Positions 9,290-21,649 of a stretch of DNA of 33,000 bases are shown piece by piece. Below the pieces are notes generated by a model, which did no database searches, was not told where the DNA came from, and was given only the letters and a program-made list of their open reading frames with translations. Both the position numbers and the translations under genes were made by a program. How positions within the stretch are numbered: the first letter of the stretch is position 1; every line of letters starts with the position of its first letter. The DNA is from Octopus sinensis (Eukaryota): assembly GCF_006345805.1 (NCBI RefSeq), contig NC_043004.1:54002001-54035000 (forward strand), written 5' to 3'.

Positions 9290-11420
9290 GATGTGTCTTG
9301 CAAGTTATAAGGATTGCACTGGTCAGGGTTATTTTAAGATCGCACAATTAAGGCATGATTTTAATATTTTTGTGTTATTTTTCTCGTGTCCTGTATAAAA
9401 CCATGAGCTCCAATTATTATTGAAGCTGTTTATTCTTATCACATAATTTACTTAGCGTCATTTCAATATTCTTGTGCTTTGTCACTTTCCTAATTTTATT
9501 CCAGGTGTTACTTTGGTCTGGGGAGATCAACATGTCTATCAGAGAAGACCTAATTTCCTCCCTGACATTCATAATTAAATAATCTTATTTGGTTTTGAAT
9601 CTCCTTGTCAGTTACGACAAGCATCCCAGATGATAGCAGACATCTCGTTTACATAAGATAACCATCTTTCTCCCATTTTTTCATTTATTTCCATGCAGAA
9701 GAGGGATACTGATATATTTATAATTACCATCCTACGTATAGGACTATATTCAAATTATTCGACACGTATTCAGTACTCGCTTTTAGTATTATTTTCATTC
9801 GAATATGTGCCGTATTTTAAGTTTTCATATGTTACTTAGAAATTTTGTCTGTATTTAATTTAGTGTGTTCTGCTGTAGTTAATATGCCTCCACTAACTTA
9901 TGTATTGTCGTATATAACTTGTCCTATACTTAATATTGATTTAAAATTTTGATACAAGGTCAGCAATTTTGATTTTGATTTAGGGGGCAAATCGATTACA
10001 CTAACTCCAGTGTTCAACTGGTACCTATTTTATCGATCCCGAAAGTATGAAAGGCAAAGAAGATCTAGGCGGAATTCGAACTCAGAACTTAAAGGCGGAT
10101 GAAATGTCGCTAAGCGTTTTGCCTGGCGTGGTAACGTTACTGCTTGCTAATTGGCCAATCAAGAAAATAATCTCTGCGAAAAATACAAAATGTGTCGAAC
10201 GGGTTCTATCTTACTGCAGTTAGGTTATCAGTACACCAAAACCGACACCACCAGCAGAAAGGAGAAGACGGTGAGAACCACGGCTCTGGTGGTGCCAAAC
10301 GTTTCGGGATGATCTGATGTTTCCTCATAACAGAAAACGGAATCGATTAAGGGCACTGTGAAGCTGTCATCTCAATTGACTCAATGGCGTGGTAGGTTGC
10401 CTGACTGTCATTCATTTCTAAGGGTTTTTTTTGCTATGAATTTATAAACATTTTAGTGGTTTTATCCATTATAAATTATTGTCAGTATAGAGGAGATAGT
10501 TTCTCGTATATTTATAATATATCTCCCATTACTGACGGTTTTATTTAGATTTCTTTTTGAAAGTAAAGCTACCGAAAAGTATAAAAGGATTTAGAAATCT
10601 TCTTGAAAGGCACGTTTTCTAAAGGGTATATGATTGATTTAATCATCTTTTTGCTTGGTGATAAAGGTCATTCGGTTCGCTATTTAGCACCACACATACT
10701 GATCTATAGTACTCTCATAGCACAGGGTTGTATGTGCCTACTTCTTTAATTCCGAAGTAATTGTGTGTAACACTTTGATCTTGCTTCTTAAAAAAAACAT
10801 TTATTTCACTGTATTCCGAACTATATTTTGATATCCTCACTGAAGTTCTTGACGATGTTGAACAGACTCTTTTACTGCATGCCTTCCTTGGCAGTCATTT
10901 TGAAGTTTTCTGTATAGAACATACGTCTGTATAGAGCATATGCTTCGATTTGCTATAAGCTATAACCATAGCGATACTTAAGTAGATTGTTGAATGGTGC
11001 TAGTATTAGAATAGCAGTAAAAGTGAATCCTTTTAGAAGATAACACCACTTCTTTTGTTGGTTGGTCTCAATGCTAACGACTCATCTACGTAGAGATTTA
11101 AGATGATCTTCCAGTTCTTCGGGATTTCGCTGATGAAAGTTATACTTATTCGCCTCCTTTTTAGTTAAGATACGTTTCTTGATGGTTCTTCCGATGTATA
11201 AGTGGTTGAATATTTAACTTTGCAATAGTGGACGAATAATTCTTACATTGATTTGAATTGTACTAAATATGAGATCTTGAGCAATTTTAGAGTTAATTTC
11301 TAACAAAGTAATGATATAATGTTTATGATATTCTGCTTTTCTTCTGGGAATATGCAGATATTTGCGTCTACATGGGCAGTAAAATGATACGCACACTGTC
11401 ATTCAGAAAACGAGAAAAAG
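9290..11420 (-). mobile_element. Heavily decayed R4/Dong-type non-LTR retrotransposon (RT to RLE domain) with nested SINE
   Basis: Collinear minus-strand motifs: IFPEEKQ (~FP.EQKG), HYCKVKYS (~DYKKAFDS), ITFI....NWKIILNL, GVIF*KDSLLLLF (~GIFQGDSLSPLLF), FYTENFKMTAK (~FYMDDLKLYAK), SLFNIVKNFSEDI..FG, YFGIKE, IIWD...KPNKII, LIDMLISPDQSN, IIIGAHGFI. Confidence 0.7.
9947..10150 (-). mobile_element. tRNA-derived SINE inserted in the R4/Dong relic
   Basis: ACTGGTACCTATTTTATCGATCCCGAAAGTATGAAAGGCAAAG...GGCGGAATTCGAACTCAGAAC is the reverse complement of the common SINE body. Confidence 0.8.
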
Positions 11421-11850
11421 TATCGGAAAAGAATAGATTTACAGTGAAGTAATTGAAATAAATGTTTTTGTCACAAGAGACACATGGGAAATGTTAGTGG
11501 TGTAAAGAAATAGACAAATAGTGATTTTCTGAATGAAGATGACATGAGATACATGCACAGTCCCCACACTGTGAAGGTGCCGTCAGGTTAGGAATTTTTC
11601 ATTTGTCTTCACTTTAAAGCATCACCAGTAACTCACAAATAGTAAATACTCGTGTATTGCAACGGATGAATTTAAATCTTGTCGAAGTTAACTTTGTAAT
11701 TCATTAATAACACAAAACATGAGTCAAGAATTTTAGATCTTTGTACATCACATTTTTTCTCAAATTATCTTAGTTTTACCTTTGTACTTTAAATTCGGTT
11801 TATTTCGGCTCCAAACTATTTGAGATTTGACACTTTCAACTTATTGAAAA

Positions 11851-12198
11851 TTACCTCAATGATACCGGTGACATGTATTAAAAGTCCCCTTATAGGACTA
11901 TATTCATAAAAAAGTATAGAACTATATTATCACCCTCAAATTTGAGAAACAAACGCCCGTAATATTTTCTCTTTTAAAACTTCTCTCTCGTCTCAGATAT
12001 TACGGGACTATATTTACATGATATAATTGCATTAATTAATACAGATGACGTAATTAAACTAATTGCAAATTAACAGTGTCGTTGATAATTTTGTTCTTAC
12101 CTCAGTGGTGCCGTTGACATATATTAAACGTTCCCTTATAGAATTATCTTCTTTAAAATATATAGAACTATATTATCAGCCTCAAATTTGAGAAACAA
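11851..12198. repeat. Diverged direct repeat, two ~100-bp copies at 246-bp spacing
   Basis: 11851-11952 aligns without gaps to 12097-12198, for example TATAGAACTATATTATCA(C/G)CCTCAAATTTGAGAAACAA. Confidence 0.85.
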
Positions 12199-12699
12199 TC
12201 TGTTTTCTTCTAAAATTTCATTGCATGAGATTGATACCATAAAATTCCTTGAATTGAACTCTATCATTTAAGCTTAATTAAAATATAGATTGTTTTTAAA
12301 AAATGTTAATTATATTTAAATCCAATGTTTTGTTTTACATATATTTTTTCCATGATATTTTACCTCATAACTTTTTAATACAAATATTTGGTGCATGCGA
12401 TCTAAAACTATGAAATTTCTCATGCTTTCTTCTATCATTGAAGCTAAGATAAATATATTTTGCTTTTAAAATAAATAAGTTATTTAGATCTAAACTTGAT
12501 TGGAGGCGTTACATACTCTTCTATAACGTTGGTCCAAATTTCGATGTAAACTTTTTTTTACTGGACCAAATCTCAATTTTTTGCCAAAATATCGCTAGGG
12601 ACCAGTCCTAATCAAAAACGTTAAACTGTTTTCAATTTGATTCAGAACTGAATTAGCGACAAAGCTCTGAAGATGCAGCGTCTGAGTAAATTGCGGCCT

Positions 12700-13150
12700 T
12701 AAGAATATTATACAACTACTACCGTAGTTGATTGATATATTTTTTTCTGTCGATAATTAAAAGCAGAGCAAGGTGAATTGGTCCTTCCCAAGGCTAAGGT
12801 CAACGTTCTCATTGATAGATAGTAGTAGTAAATACATTTCACCTCTGCTGATCGCAAGGGTGTGACGTTTCTTTTGTTTCCCGATTGCACAGGGATGCGA
12901 AGCCCTAATGTTCGTCTCCTTCTCGCCATCTGCCATACCTATTTACAGACCTGTAGAATTTGGTCCATTCACCAAGCTGCTTGTTTTCCTGCAACTATTC
13001 TCTCCAACCCTCGCATATCTATGATTATACAGCATTTAATAATACCACACAGTAGTAGGAGCAAAGATGGCATACATCTAAATAACGGCTATACTTTCGC
13101 CATGGCTACAAAGGTTAGTTACAACGATACAGATCAAGGGACTATTAGTG
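12700..13150 (-). mobile_element. Possible ancient non-LTR RT relic (RTE/RTEX-like)
   Basis: Only weak motif echoes on the minus strand: PL*PWRK, RC.PSLLLL, LERIVAGKQAAW*MDQI (~L....EQAGF...DQI). No catalytic motif was found. Confidence 0.25.
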
Positions 13151-13299
13151 GTAACTGACGATGAGCAATGCTGTAATGCAATGTTAAAGTAATTGTAACG
13201 GTATTAATGGTGGCAGAGACAACAACCGTTTCTTCATCTGCCACACACGGTTCAATACTAATAATTTCAATCTAGCACAAATGAGTCTTTCGAAGCAAA

Positions 13300-16247
13300 A
13301 AGGAAAACTACAATAGTACACCAAATTGCTTGTCCTATGGTTAAACTGGAAGCGCGTCCCTTAGGCAAGAGCCAGCCTGTGGTCCGAAATCATCCACTGG
13401 AAAAAACTCTTTGATTACTAACCTGGATGGTCACTTGAACGGGAACTGCCCCAATTCGAGCCTTGTCAGTCCACCACCACACCCACTACAGAAAGAAAAA
13501 TATAAGAGGGTGAAATGGACCCAAAAAGAGTATACAGAAATAATAGAAGTAATATACACCTACTTCTATGCATTAGGCAGGCCATCTGAAGAGAAACACT
13601 CTTATCAAACATAGGGAACACGAAATCAAGACAGCAGACTATATTTGGAAGAAAACAAGTTAGCAAATGTTAGGAGCGATATTTTTAGAATTAAAAGACT
13701 CACTGATAGTGAAATAACAACAATCAAGCACGCAGCGGAAAATGACCTAAATATTAGACAGAAATGATATGAAAGACCAGACGAAGAGAGCAACTTTCCA
13801 CGAATCTCAATTGAAAGACAGCCATCTGACCAGAACAAGCAAATGTCTGAAGAAATTACTTGTAATGAGCCTGATAAAGATAGCAAGGAAAGTGGTAGAG
13901 AAATAATATTTGAAGACAACATATTTACTGAAGAACTTAGAGATTCTATGATAGAAATGAAGCAGAAAATTCTGAGTAAACTTACAGTTGTAAAACATGT
14001 GAATATGTATGTTAGAAAACCACGTCATAAACTCTCAAATACAATCTAAAATAAAAAACTATGTAGCAAAATAAATTATACAAGAATTAAAACCAGAATT
14101 AAAACCACTGAATCAAACGAAATTATTTGCACCGCTGCTAAGACAACTGAAACTAGTTGACTTCCTCTGAAAAAAACAAAGAAATAGAAACCTCAGAACA
14201 ATTCTAAAATGGAAAAGTAAAATTGAAAAAGAAATTGAAATGAGAGGTGAGATGAGAGGTGAAATATCAATATTGAATGAAGACATCATAATAGCAAACC
14301 TAAGAATCACACGCACAAAGGCTCATAAATGGAAATCCCCTGGTAATGATAGGGGTTCCAATTTCTGGTTCGCATCGCTCCCGTGTGCACAGGAAAATTT
14401 AGTCCAGATATTCAATGAAATTATGAGAGATCCTACGAAAACACTTGATTGGTTAACAAGAGATATTACTTACTCCCGAAGGATAATGAAACAAAATTTC
14501 CCCAAAACTATCGGTCTATCACATGTCTTTCTACCACGTATGAAATTTTAACAGCCATTCTCGTGGAGAAAACATACAAATTTATGGAACAAAACGATAC
14601 TTTCCCACTGAACAAAAAGGGTGCCGGAGAGACTCATATGGACGCAGAGACCAACACTTAATCAATCGCATGATCCTTGAGAACTGTCGTAAAAAACGCA
14701 CAAATCTCAGTTCCGCATGGATTGATTATAGAAAAGTCTTTGACAGCATCTCGCAATCATGGATCTTGAAATCGCTGGATATCTTCAGAATTTTTCCTGT
14801 GATTTCAAACTTCCTGAAGCACATGTGTGGGGAATATGAATATCCATTTATACCACTCTAATGGTATTAATATTAACTGTGTCATATTTCCACTTTCACC
14901 TTTAATTTTTTGCATAGACCAAATTTCTTGCACAGTCATTAAAGAACTCGAGCAGGAATAAACTTACAAATACCTCGGAATAAATGAGGGCCCTGGCATT
15001 CAGCATGCAAGCATAATAGAGATCAGGAAGGAATGTTACAGGTGAGTTGTAGCAGTCTTAAAATCTGAGTTAAATGCACGTAAAAAGGCATTAGTTGTAA
15101 ATTCCTTAGCAGTTCTTTTTGTTATTTAGTTTCAATGTGTTGAACTGGAATACGAGGGAAACCAGGAAAATCGACAGGATAATCCATAAGCTGTTGACTT
15201 TCAATAAGATTCACCACACAAATGCAGACGCAGATCGTCTTTAGGATAATCCCTTAGCTGCTGACATTCAATAAAATTCACCATACAAAGGCGGACACAA
15301 TGCGTCTTTACTACCCAGAACTCAAGGAAGTCGAGGTTTGATCCAAGTTGAAATCTCTAACAAACCATCACAACTGGACTGGCAAAATATCTTTACCTTG
15401 GCTGCTCAAGATCAGAGCTTATTGACCCATAATGACCAAGCTAATATGATAAAAAATGGTATAGACCCAAAGTGACGATATTGCAACGATGGGATTGAAA
15501 TAGTGGACCACCTAATCTCTGGCTGTAAGATTTTAGCACCAGTAGAGTATAACTCAAGAAATGACAGGCTTCGCCAATTTTTACATTGTATATTGTGTCG
15601 GCATTATAAAATCAAAACTGCTGACAAATGGTACAAGTACCAGTACCAGCCTGTAACTGAGGGAGAAAATATAGTTATATTTTGGGACTTCCCAGTATGT
15701 ATAGACCGTGTCATCAAAGCAAATAAACGAGATATTGTTGTGGAAGATCAAAACCATATAGTTTTATAGATTGACTTCAGCATACCTTGCGACCATAATA
15801 CCTCGGTAAAAAAATTTGATGAGCTCAGAAAATATAAAGATTTGCCAATCGAAATCGAAAAGATGTGGCACCCCAAGACGGTTACAATAACAGTGATTAT
15901 AGGAGCATTTGAAATGATAAAAAAGGAATTGAAAATTATTTACGAATGGTCCATGGTTTAACATTCATAGAGGAAAAGAAAAAGATTGTCTTGACTGGTT
16001 CGTCACAAGTCTTGAGATTTACGTTGTTGTTGTGAATTTTGTTTCTTTTTCCCGCTTTATTTTCTTTGTTTACTTTCTACTTTTATTTATTCCTTTTTCC
16101 CCTTTCTCTACCACATTATTTTGTAAATGAATAATCTGGTGGTGTTTAGTTTCATATCCTACCAATGTATACAGTGCGTTTCTCTGTCTTAGGTGTCAGG
16201 AAGACCCTCGACAAGAAACGGAAAGAGAATTCGAAGAAGAAGAAGAA
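13300..16247 (+). mobile_element. Near full-span degenerate R4/Dong-clade non-LTR retrotransposon (RT, CCHC knuckle, RLE endonuclease)
   Basis: KRVKWT (13504-13521), WKSPGND (14330), NYRSITCL (14506), SAWIDYRKVFDS (~14712), YKYLGINE (~14966), AAQDQ (~15408), *YCND..EIVDHLISGC (CCHC, ~15470-15527), FWDFP..IDRVIKANKRDIVV (RLE), KYKDLPIEIEKMW, VIIGAF. The 3' UTR ends in (GAA)n. Many stops, frameshifts and deletions; the 5' boundary is approximate. Confidence 0.9.
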
Positions 16248-16394
16248 AACGAACTTGTTTTCCCTATTGTTTTTTTTTTTTTCATATAATTCTACCCAGT
16301 GACCTTGTTTCTGCTATTCTAAATTTTTTGCTCTCAATTTCTTCTTTGTAATGCTCTGACATTAGCATCTACAGCTAATGTCAACGCATTGGTA

Positions 16395-16830
16395 TAGTCA
16401 TTGATAATATTGTTGTTCATTATTGCTATATCCTCTTCTTTATCTTTTTTGTCTCTGTTGTTCAGAATACAGCAATATCATCGTAGACATCATCATCATC
16501 ATCATCATTTTCATTACCATCATCATCAACCAAAACCTTAACATTATCATCTTGACAATCATCACCATCAACATCATCACCATCGTCATCGTCATCATCA
16601 CCACCACTACCACCACCACAACCACCATCAACGTCATCATAATTATCGTCGTCGTTGTTGCCATCATCATCATTATCGATAACAATTTAGCTTTCTCCTG
16701 CCAAAACAATTTCTTGTTGATTACTACTGGAATATTAAATTGTTTATAATCGTTTAGAGCAAAGCGACGACGACGACAACAACAAAACAACAACAACAAC
16801 AACGGCAATAATAATACACTTGCTCTACAT
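16395..16830. repeat. Mixed trinucleotide low complexity (CAT/CAC/GAC/CAA)
   Basis: Direct inspection; source of the poly-I/T/M/V ORFs. Confidence 0.9.
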
Positions 16831-16849
16831 CTTCATCTTCTCATCATCG

Positions 16850-17172
16850 CCGTTATCAGCATAATGAAAAGATAAATAATAAAAAAGGTATACATGGTAT
16901 AAACTGGGAAAGAGGAGACATATGCATATCATACGGAAGTATAAAAACTGTGAGGGGAGAATAAGATAGATATGTGGCCCTCCTGATACAGGAACGCTTC
17001 TAGGGATAATCGAGGAATCCACCATCCGAGATTTGCCTAAAACCTTATGAGCAAATGCCCTCGCCAATTCCTTCTCTCCGACTCACAGGTCTGCACTTAG
17101 AGAGGTACCATCCACTTTTGCCATTTTCGTAACTTTCACCCACCTTTTGATAAATTCACTCGAGGGCAGCAC
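16850..17172 (-). mobile_element. Possible L1/Tx1-type LINE 3' end
   Basis: Minus strand reads LPSSEFIKRWVKVTKMAKVDGTSLSADL*, resembling Tx1-like ORF2 C-termini (F..RW....M....G..L...L*), followed by UTR-like sequence. Confidence 0.35.
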
Positions 17173-17174
17173 TG

Positions 17175-17520
17175 CCTTGTGGCATCTTTAAGCGAGAAAT
17201 GTTTCTGTTATTGTGAGTGCACTAGGTCTGATAAGAAAGGAATGACAGAAACATCTAGATAATATCTCAGGAGAACCATGTCTCAGAAAATCCTAAAAAT
17301 TGTGCTGACAAGTATTGCCCACATCCTTAGAAAAATCATATCAATTTAAGTGTCTCTGTTGCATTACATGAAGGTATTTCGCAAATGCCCCTGCCACTAC
17401 CCGTCCTCAAGCTTTCGGTCATACCGTAACAGCACTTATCCTTCAGTCGCCCTAGGACGCTGGGTGCGTCTTGGCAAGTGATTGTAACAAACGTGCAGAT
17501 TAAATGTAAATAATAATAAT
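17175..17520 (+). mobile_element. 5'-truncated 3' fragment of an R4/Dong-type element
   Basis: VSVIVSALGLIRK (~VPVIVGALG.I.K) and KIVLTSIAHILRKIISI*, then a 3' UTR ending in AAATAATAATAAT. Confidence 0.75.
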
Positions 17521-17780
17521 TGTTTGAAATTTTATCTCAAACTCAGCATTTTGGTGTGTGGGTGGTGGTAGGGGGGTATGAGTCGATTACATCGACCCCA
17601 GTGTTCAAATGGTACTTATACTATCGACCCCGAAAGGATGAAGGGTAAAGTCGACCTGGTCGGAATTTGAACTCAGAACGTAGCGACGAGCGAAATTTGA
17701 ACTGAGAACGTAGCAACGGGCGACATACCGCTAAGCACTTCGTCCGGTGAGCTAACGATTGTGCCAGCTCACCGCCTTAC
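17521..17780 (-). mobile_element. tRNA-derived SINE with internal ~30-bp duplication
   Basis: Standard SINE body in reverse orientation; AATTTGAACT(C/G)AGAACGTAGC(G/A)ACG(A/G)GCGA is present twice. Confidence 0.85.
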
Positions 17781-17782
17781 AA

Positions 17783-17784
17783 TA

Positions 17785-17841
<57 letters not shown>

Positions 17842-18100
17842 CACTAATACCCATAATAACCAGAGCAACATCAACTACAGCAATAACAACAATGGGAAAA
17901 ATAATCCATAACATCAGAAATGATAACAATAATTAAAAGAATATAATTTAAAAAATCATGATATCAACAGGATAACAACATTAACAACAATAACAGTAAC
18001 AATAACCACAGCAATAATAGTAACAATAGCAAGAACAATAATCATAAGAGTAATGCCTGAGACAGCAACAACAATAACAACTACAACAACCGCACCGACG
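17783..18100. repeat. (AAT)n and decayed (AAC)n
   Basis: Direct inspection. Confidence 0.9.
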
Positions 18101-18394
18101 ACACACTAACTTTTAAAAAACACGCCGGTCATCGTCCTTTCAGCCATGTTGCAACCTGAAGAAGAGCAATTAAAATTCTCTCTAGTTCAACAAAAACGAA
18201 AGAAATTACATTTCAGGTGTGGCAGGAATGAATTTCCAATTCCGAAGACATTCATCTACCTTTTCCTTTCTTCAACACAAAGAAATTTAATTGCAATATT
18301 TTTACCAAATGCAATGAGCATTGAGAACTAGATAATTCCTTATTCTTTATTTCTTACTATTTTACTATTTTGAGGAAATCGTCATTTTATTTCG

Positions 18395-18399
<5 letters not shown>

Positions 18400-18470
<71 letters not shown>

Positions 18471-18492
18471 TATTATTATTATTATTATTATT
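18400..18492. repeat. (ATT)n microsatellite
   Basis: Direct inspection. Confidence 0.95.
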
Positions 18493-18779
18493 TTCAACAA
18501 GTGTTTACAATATATTTTTTTGGTTTAATTTTCTCATCAAATTTTCTAAATAGTCGCATACCGTCTTCCCGAGGAAAATGTTTCATTTTTTGCTTTTCAT
18601 TATCTTGTATTTCTTTTGTATCAAAGAGAGATAAAAACAAAGGGAAGAATTATATCACATATATATGTATGTATATATAGCGGTGTCTGAGTGTAATTTA
18701 CTCTATTTCTTATTCTGTCTCTGAGTATGCACTAACATAGCGCACATTCACATATAACGTAACAAACGTGTGCACAGAC

Positions 18780-19145
18780 TTCTATATATGTATATGTACA
18801 TATATATATATATGTACATATATATATATATATATATATATACATACACAATGCATATATGTGTGCATACATACATTCCTATATATATCAAGCATAGTTA
18901 TATGTAAAATGTGTGTCTGTGTCTGTGAATACACAAATATATATGCACAAATCTATATATTAAGCATGCACACACATATGCAGTATATGCACTCAAGTAA
19001 ACAAATATATATATATATTGTATGTGTATACATTACTATGTAGTTTGTATGTATGCATGTATGTATGCATGTATGTATGTGTGCGTGCATGTATGTATGT
19101 ATGTATGTATGTATGTATGTATGTATGTATGTATGTATGCATGTG
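18780..19145. repeat. (TA)n/(TATG)n compound low complexity
   Basis: Direct inspection. Confidence 0.9.
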
Positions 19146-19552
19146 TAGGATCCCAGAAACAATATATGCAATTTTTACTGCCAACTGAGATTTGTTCTAT
19201 GTTTCTATGTTCTCTATAAAATACGAGACATCCAACAACTTTTTTTATTGTTTACTTCTTTATTCTTTATATATTTCTTCTTTGTATACAATCCACAGGT
19301 TGATTACCTTGGCTTTCTTAATAAATTACATGTGTTATATTCTGTTTTGTTTGCTAGACATCTCTGTTAACTCCTTCTCCAGTTCATTTCTATGTATATA
19401 TGTGTAAGAGTATGTGAATGTGTGTGTGAGTGGGAGCATGTGTCCGTGTGCGTGTGTGTAGGTATGTATGATATATACGTCAAAAACGTCACATCTTAAT
19501 CATCATTTCCTTCGATTCGCTTCCAAATATCTTCGCACAGTATATATTTCTT

Positions 19553-19777
19553 TATTACCCACAAGAGGCTAAACATAGAGGGGACAAACAAGGACAAAGT
19601 ATTAAGTCGATTATATCGACCCCAGTGCGTAACTGGTACTTAATTTATCGACCCCGAAAGGATGAACGGCAAAGTCGACCTCGGCGGAATTTGAACTCAG
19701 AACGTAACGGCAGACGAAATACGGCTTCGCATTCCGCATTCCGCCCAGCCTGCTACCGTTTCTGCCAGCTCGCCGCC
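19553..19777 (-). mobile_element. tRNA-derived SINE, near full length
   Basis: Reverse orientation: tail CCCACAAGAGGCTAAAC..., core GTCGACCTCGGCGGAATTTGAACTCAGAAC, head TCTGCCAGCTCGCCGCC. Confidence 0.9.
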
Positions 19778-20199
19778 AGTTTATGAACTCTTCGCACAGT
19801 ATATGAACTCTCAACACATTTAGAGTACCTGTTCTACCATCACATTTAGAAGTTGTGAACATTTTCCTGATTCAGAACTCTTTGACTTTCATTTCACTTA
19901 CAGCACCAGAATCCCTAACGATTTCACCATTCTCAGCCGTCCTCGCATTCGCAACTGCCTAGTGTCATAACATTCGAAACTCCTCGGCAATTATCGCATT
20001 TGCAAATCTGCAACTGCTATCTAATTCAAGACTTCACAATAATTATCATATTCTTAACTCTTCGAGTGTTATCATATACGCAACTTCTAAAGACCAACCT
20101 CATTTGCAAGTTCTGTACCATCATCGCAATCGAAACACCCTAAAAGTCATCACATTTACAATACCTCGAATATCATCAAATTCGCAACACATCAAGCAC

Positions 20200-20490
20200 C
20201 ATGCTTTTCACAATCTCTCAAGCATCATTGCACCCCCAAAAGATCAATCATTCAGAAAATCACATCAACAACACTATAATCAATAGAATAACTACTACGG
20301 ACAACGTTGTTTACACAACTTGCCGCTGTCCGAAATGCGAGCGTTTGTATACCACAAATATTGAGAGAAAAAAATTAACGACATTTTCATAAAGCTAATG
20401 CTCATTTTCTGAAAAAGTCAGAACACTTTGTTTAGAAACACTGTGTCTGAACAAACAGTAATATTATTAAGTTTGGAACATCTTTGAACA
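20200..20490 (+). mobile_element. Penelope-like GIY-YIG endonuclease relic
   Basis: NRITTTDNVVYTTCRCPKCERLYTTNIERKKL resembles TC.S.NVIY.I.C..C...YIGET.R.L; downstream IKFGT resembles IF.LGT. C-rich decayed coding-like sequence extends upstream to ~19850. Confidence 0.55.
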
Positions 20491-20899
20491 TAGTTTTACA
20501 GATATGGGTTGAACTGGAATTAAACCAGAATTTTTTTCAAAGATAGACTTTATACTTCAAGACCTAACTGAAAATCTTTCTCCAATGAAACCCTATCAAC
20601 TTAAGCTGTGACTCGTTGTTTATTTAATAATTTAACTAATAAAATCCTTTCTGAAAAATAGGTGGAAGGATGACCTCCCTTTGCAAATACCGATAGGTCA
20701 CAGAAAATGTGTCAATAGCCAGCTGGAGACGATGTTCTCCTGGGGCTTCAAGCTACAGTAACACCCACCCTTAATGGTTAGCCATATTGAGATGGCAAAC
20801 ATACCTCACAAAAATAGTGATTTTCAGATGGTAATGGAATCAAACACATACACCCCACCACACACACACACATAGATAGATAGATAGATCCATTTACAA

Positions 20900-21056
20900 C
20901 GAGTGCCCAAGCAATTTATCTACCAACTACATATATACGGCAATGGTTGGCCCTAGATTTTCGTACAAGACACTTACTCAAGGTCCAATGGATTTGAACC
21001 TGAAATCACATCGTTGCTAAGCGAGTTTCTTACCTACACGACCATTCCTGCACCTG
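20900..21056 (-). mobile_element. Decayed SINE head (second family)
   Basis: AAGACACTTACTCAAGGT...TGAACCTGAAATCAC...TTCTTACC.ACACGACCATTCCTGCACC resembles 25931-26010 and 29875-29950. Confidence 0.55.
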
Positions 21057-21649
21057 AGCCTCAGAGAAAAAATAAGACGATCACGATTGAAAAGATTTTC
21101 ATCATACTGATAGTGGATCAAAGGTGACATGGTACCAACCAACAACTGCAGTGAAATAAAAGAAAGTGGCATTTCTCCTTTTCCAAAAGACAAAAAAAAA
21201 CATCTCTCCAGAATTCAGATGGCAAAATTGATAGCAGAGTTTGGATTTAATTGAGTAGAAATGACAAATTCTCACACTTCATTCTGTAAAATATTTCTCG
21301 TGGCATCGATAATGCCGTTTCTTGATGCAATCACAAATAACAAGATGATTAATTGTAGCAACATTTTCTACTTTGCTCAGATAAATTTCGCACGTATTGT
21401 TTTCTCACACTATTTAATAACAATTTAATGTTTTGAAATTGGAATTTTAAATTCTAAATGATTATAAAAAAAAATCTGATCAAAAATTATAATTTGTAGA
21501 GAAAGAAATTGCTTTCTTTTATCAGATATGTCCAGTTATAGAAATTGATAAATTATTAGGAAGAGTGCAGTAAAGTTAGAGATAAGAGAATGGGATTTGA
21601 AGATTGTGACACAAGTTCAATTCACGGTTAACACATATTTATATATTCT

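Noticed and set aside
9505-9580. Strong plus-strand acceptor followed by GVTLVWGDQHVYQRRPNFLPDIHN*
   Set aside because: It is the antisense of the RLE domain (LIDM.I.PD..N) of the minus-strand R4/Dong relic.
11245-11365. Minus-strand exon-like frame RKYLHIPRRKAEYHKHY... with a GTAAG donor, and a nearby YIGRT (GIY-YIG-like)
   Set aside because: It lies within the R4/Dong RT relic, where overlapping frames give FPEEKQ and other RT motifs in the correct order.
12020-12080. Cluster of TAATTA, TGACGTAA and octamer-like motifs as an enhancer
   Set aside because: Such short motifs are expected by chance in very AT-rich DNA, and there is no conservation evidence.
13208-13245. Hairpin GTGGCAGA...TCTGCCAC near the R4/Dong 5' end as an HDV-like ribozyme
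   Set aside because: Only one 8-bp stem is visible; I could not build the nested double pseudoknot.
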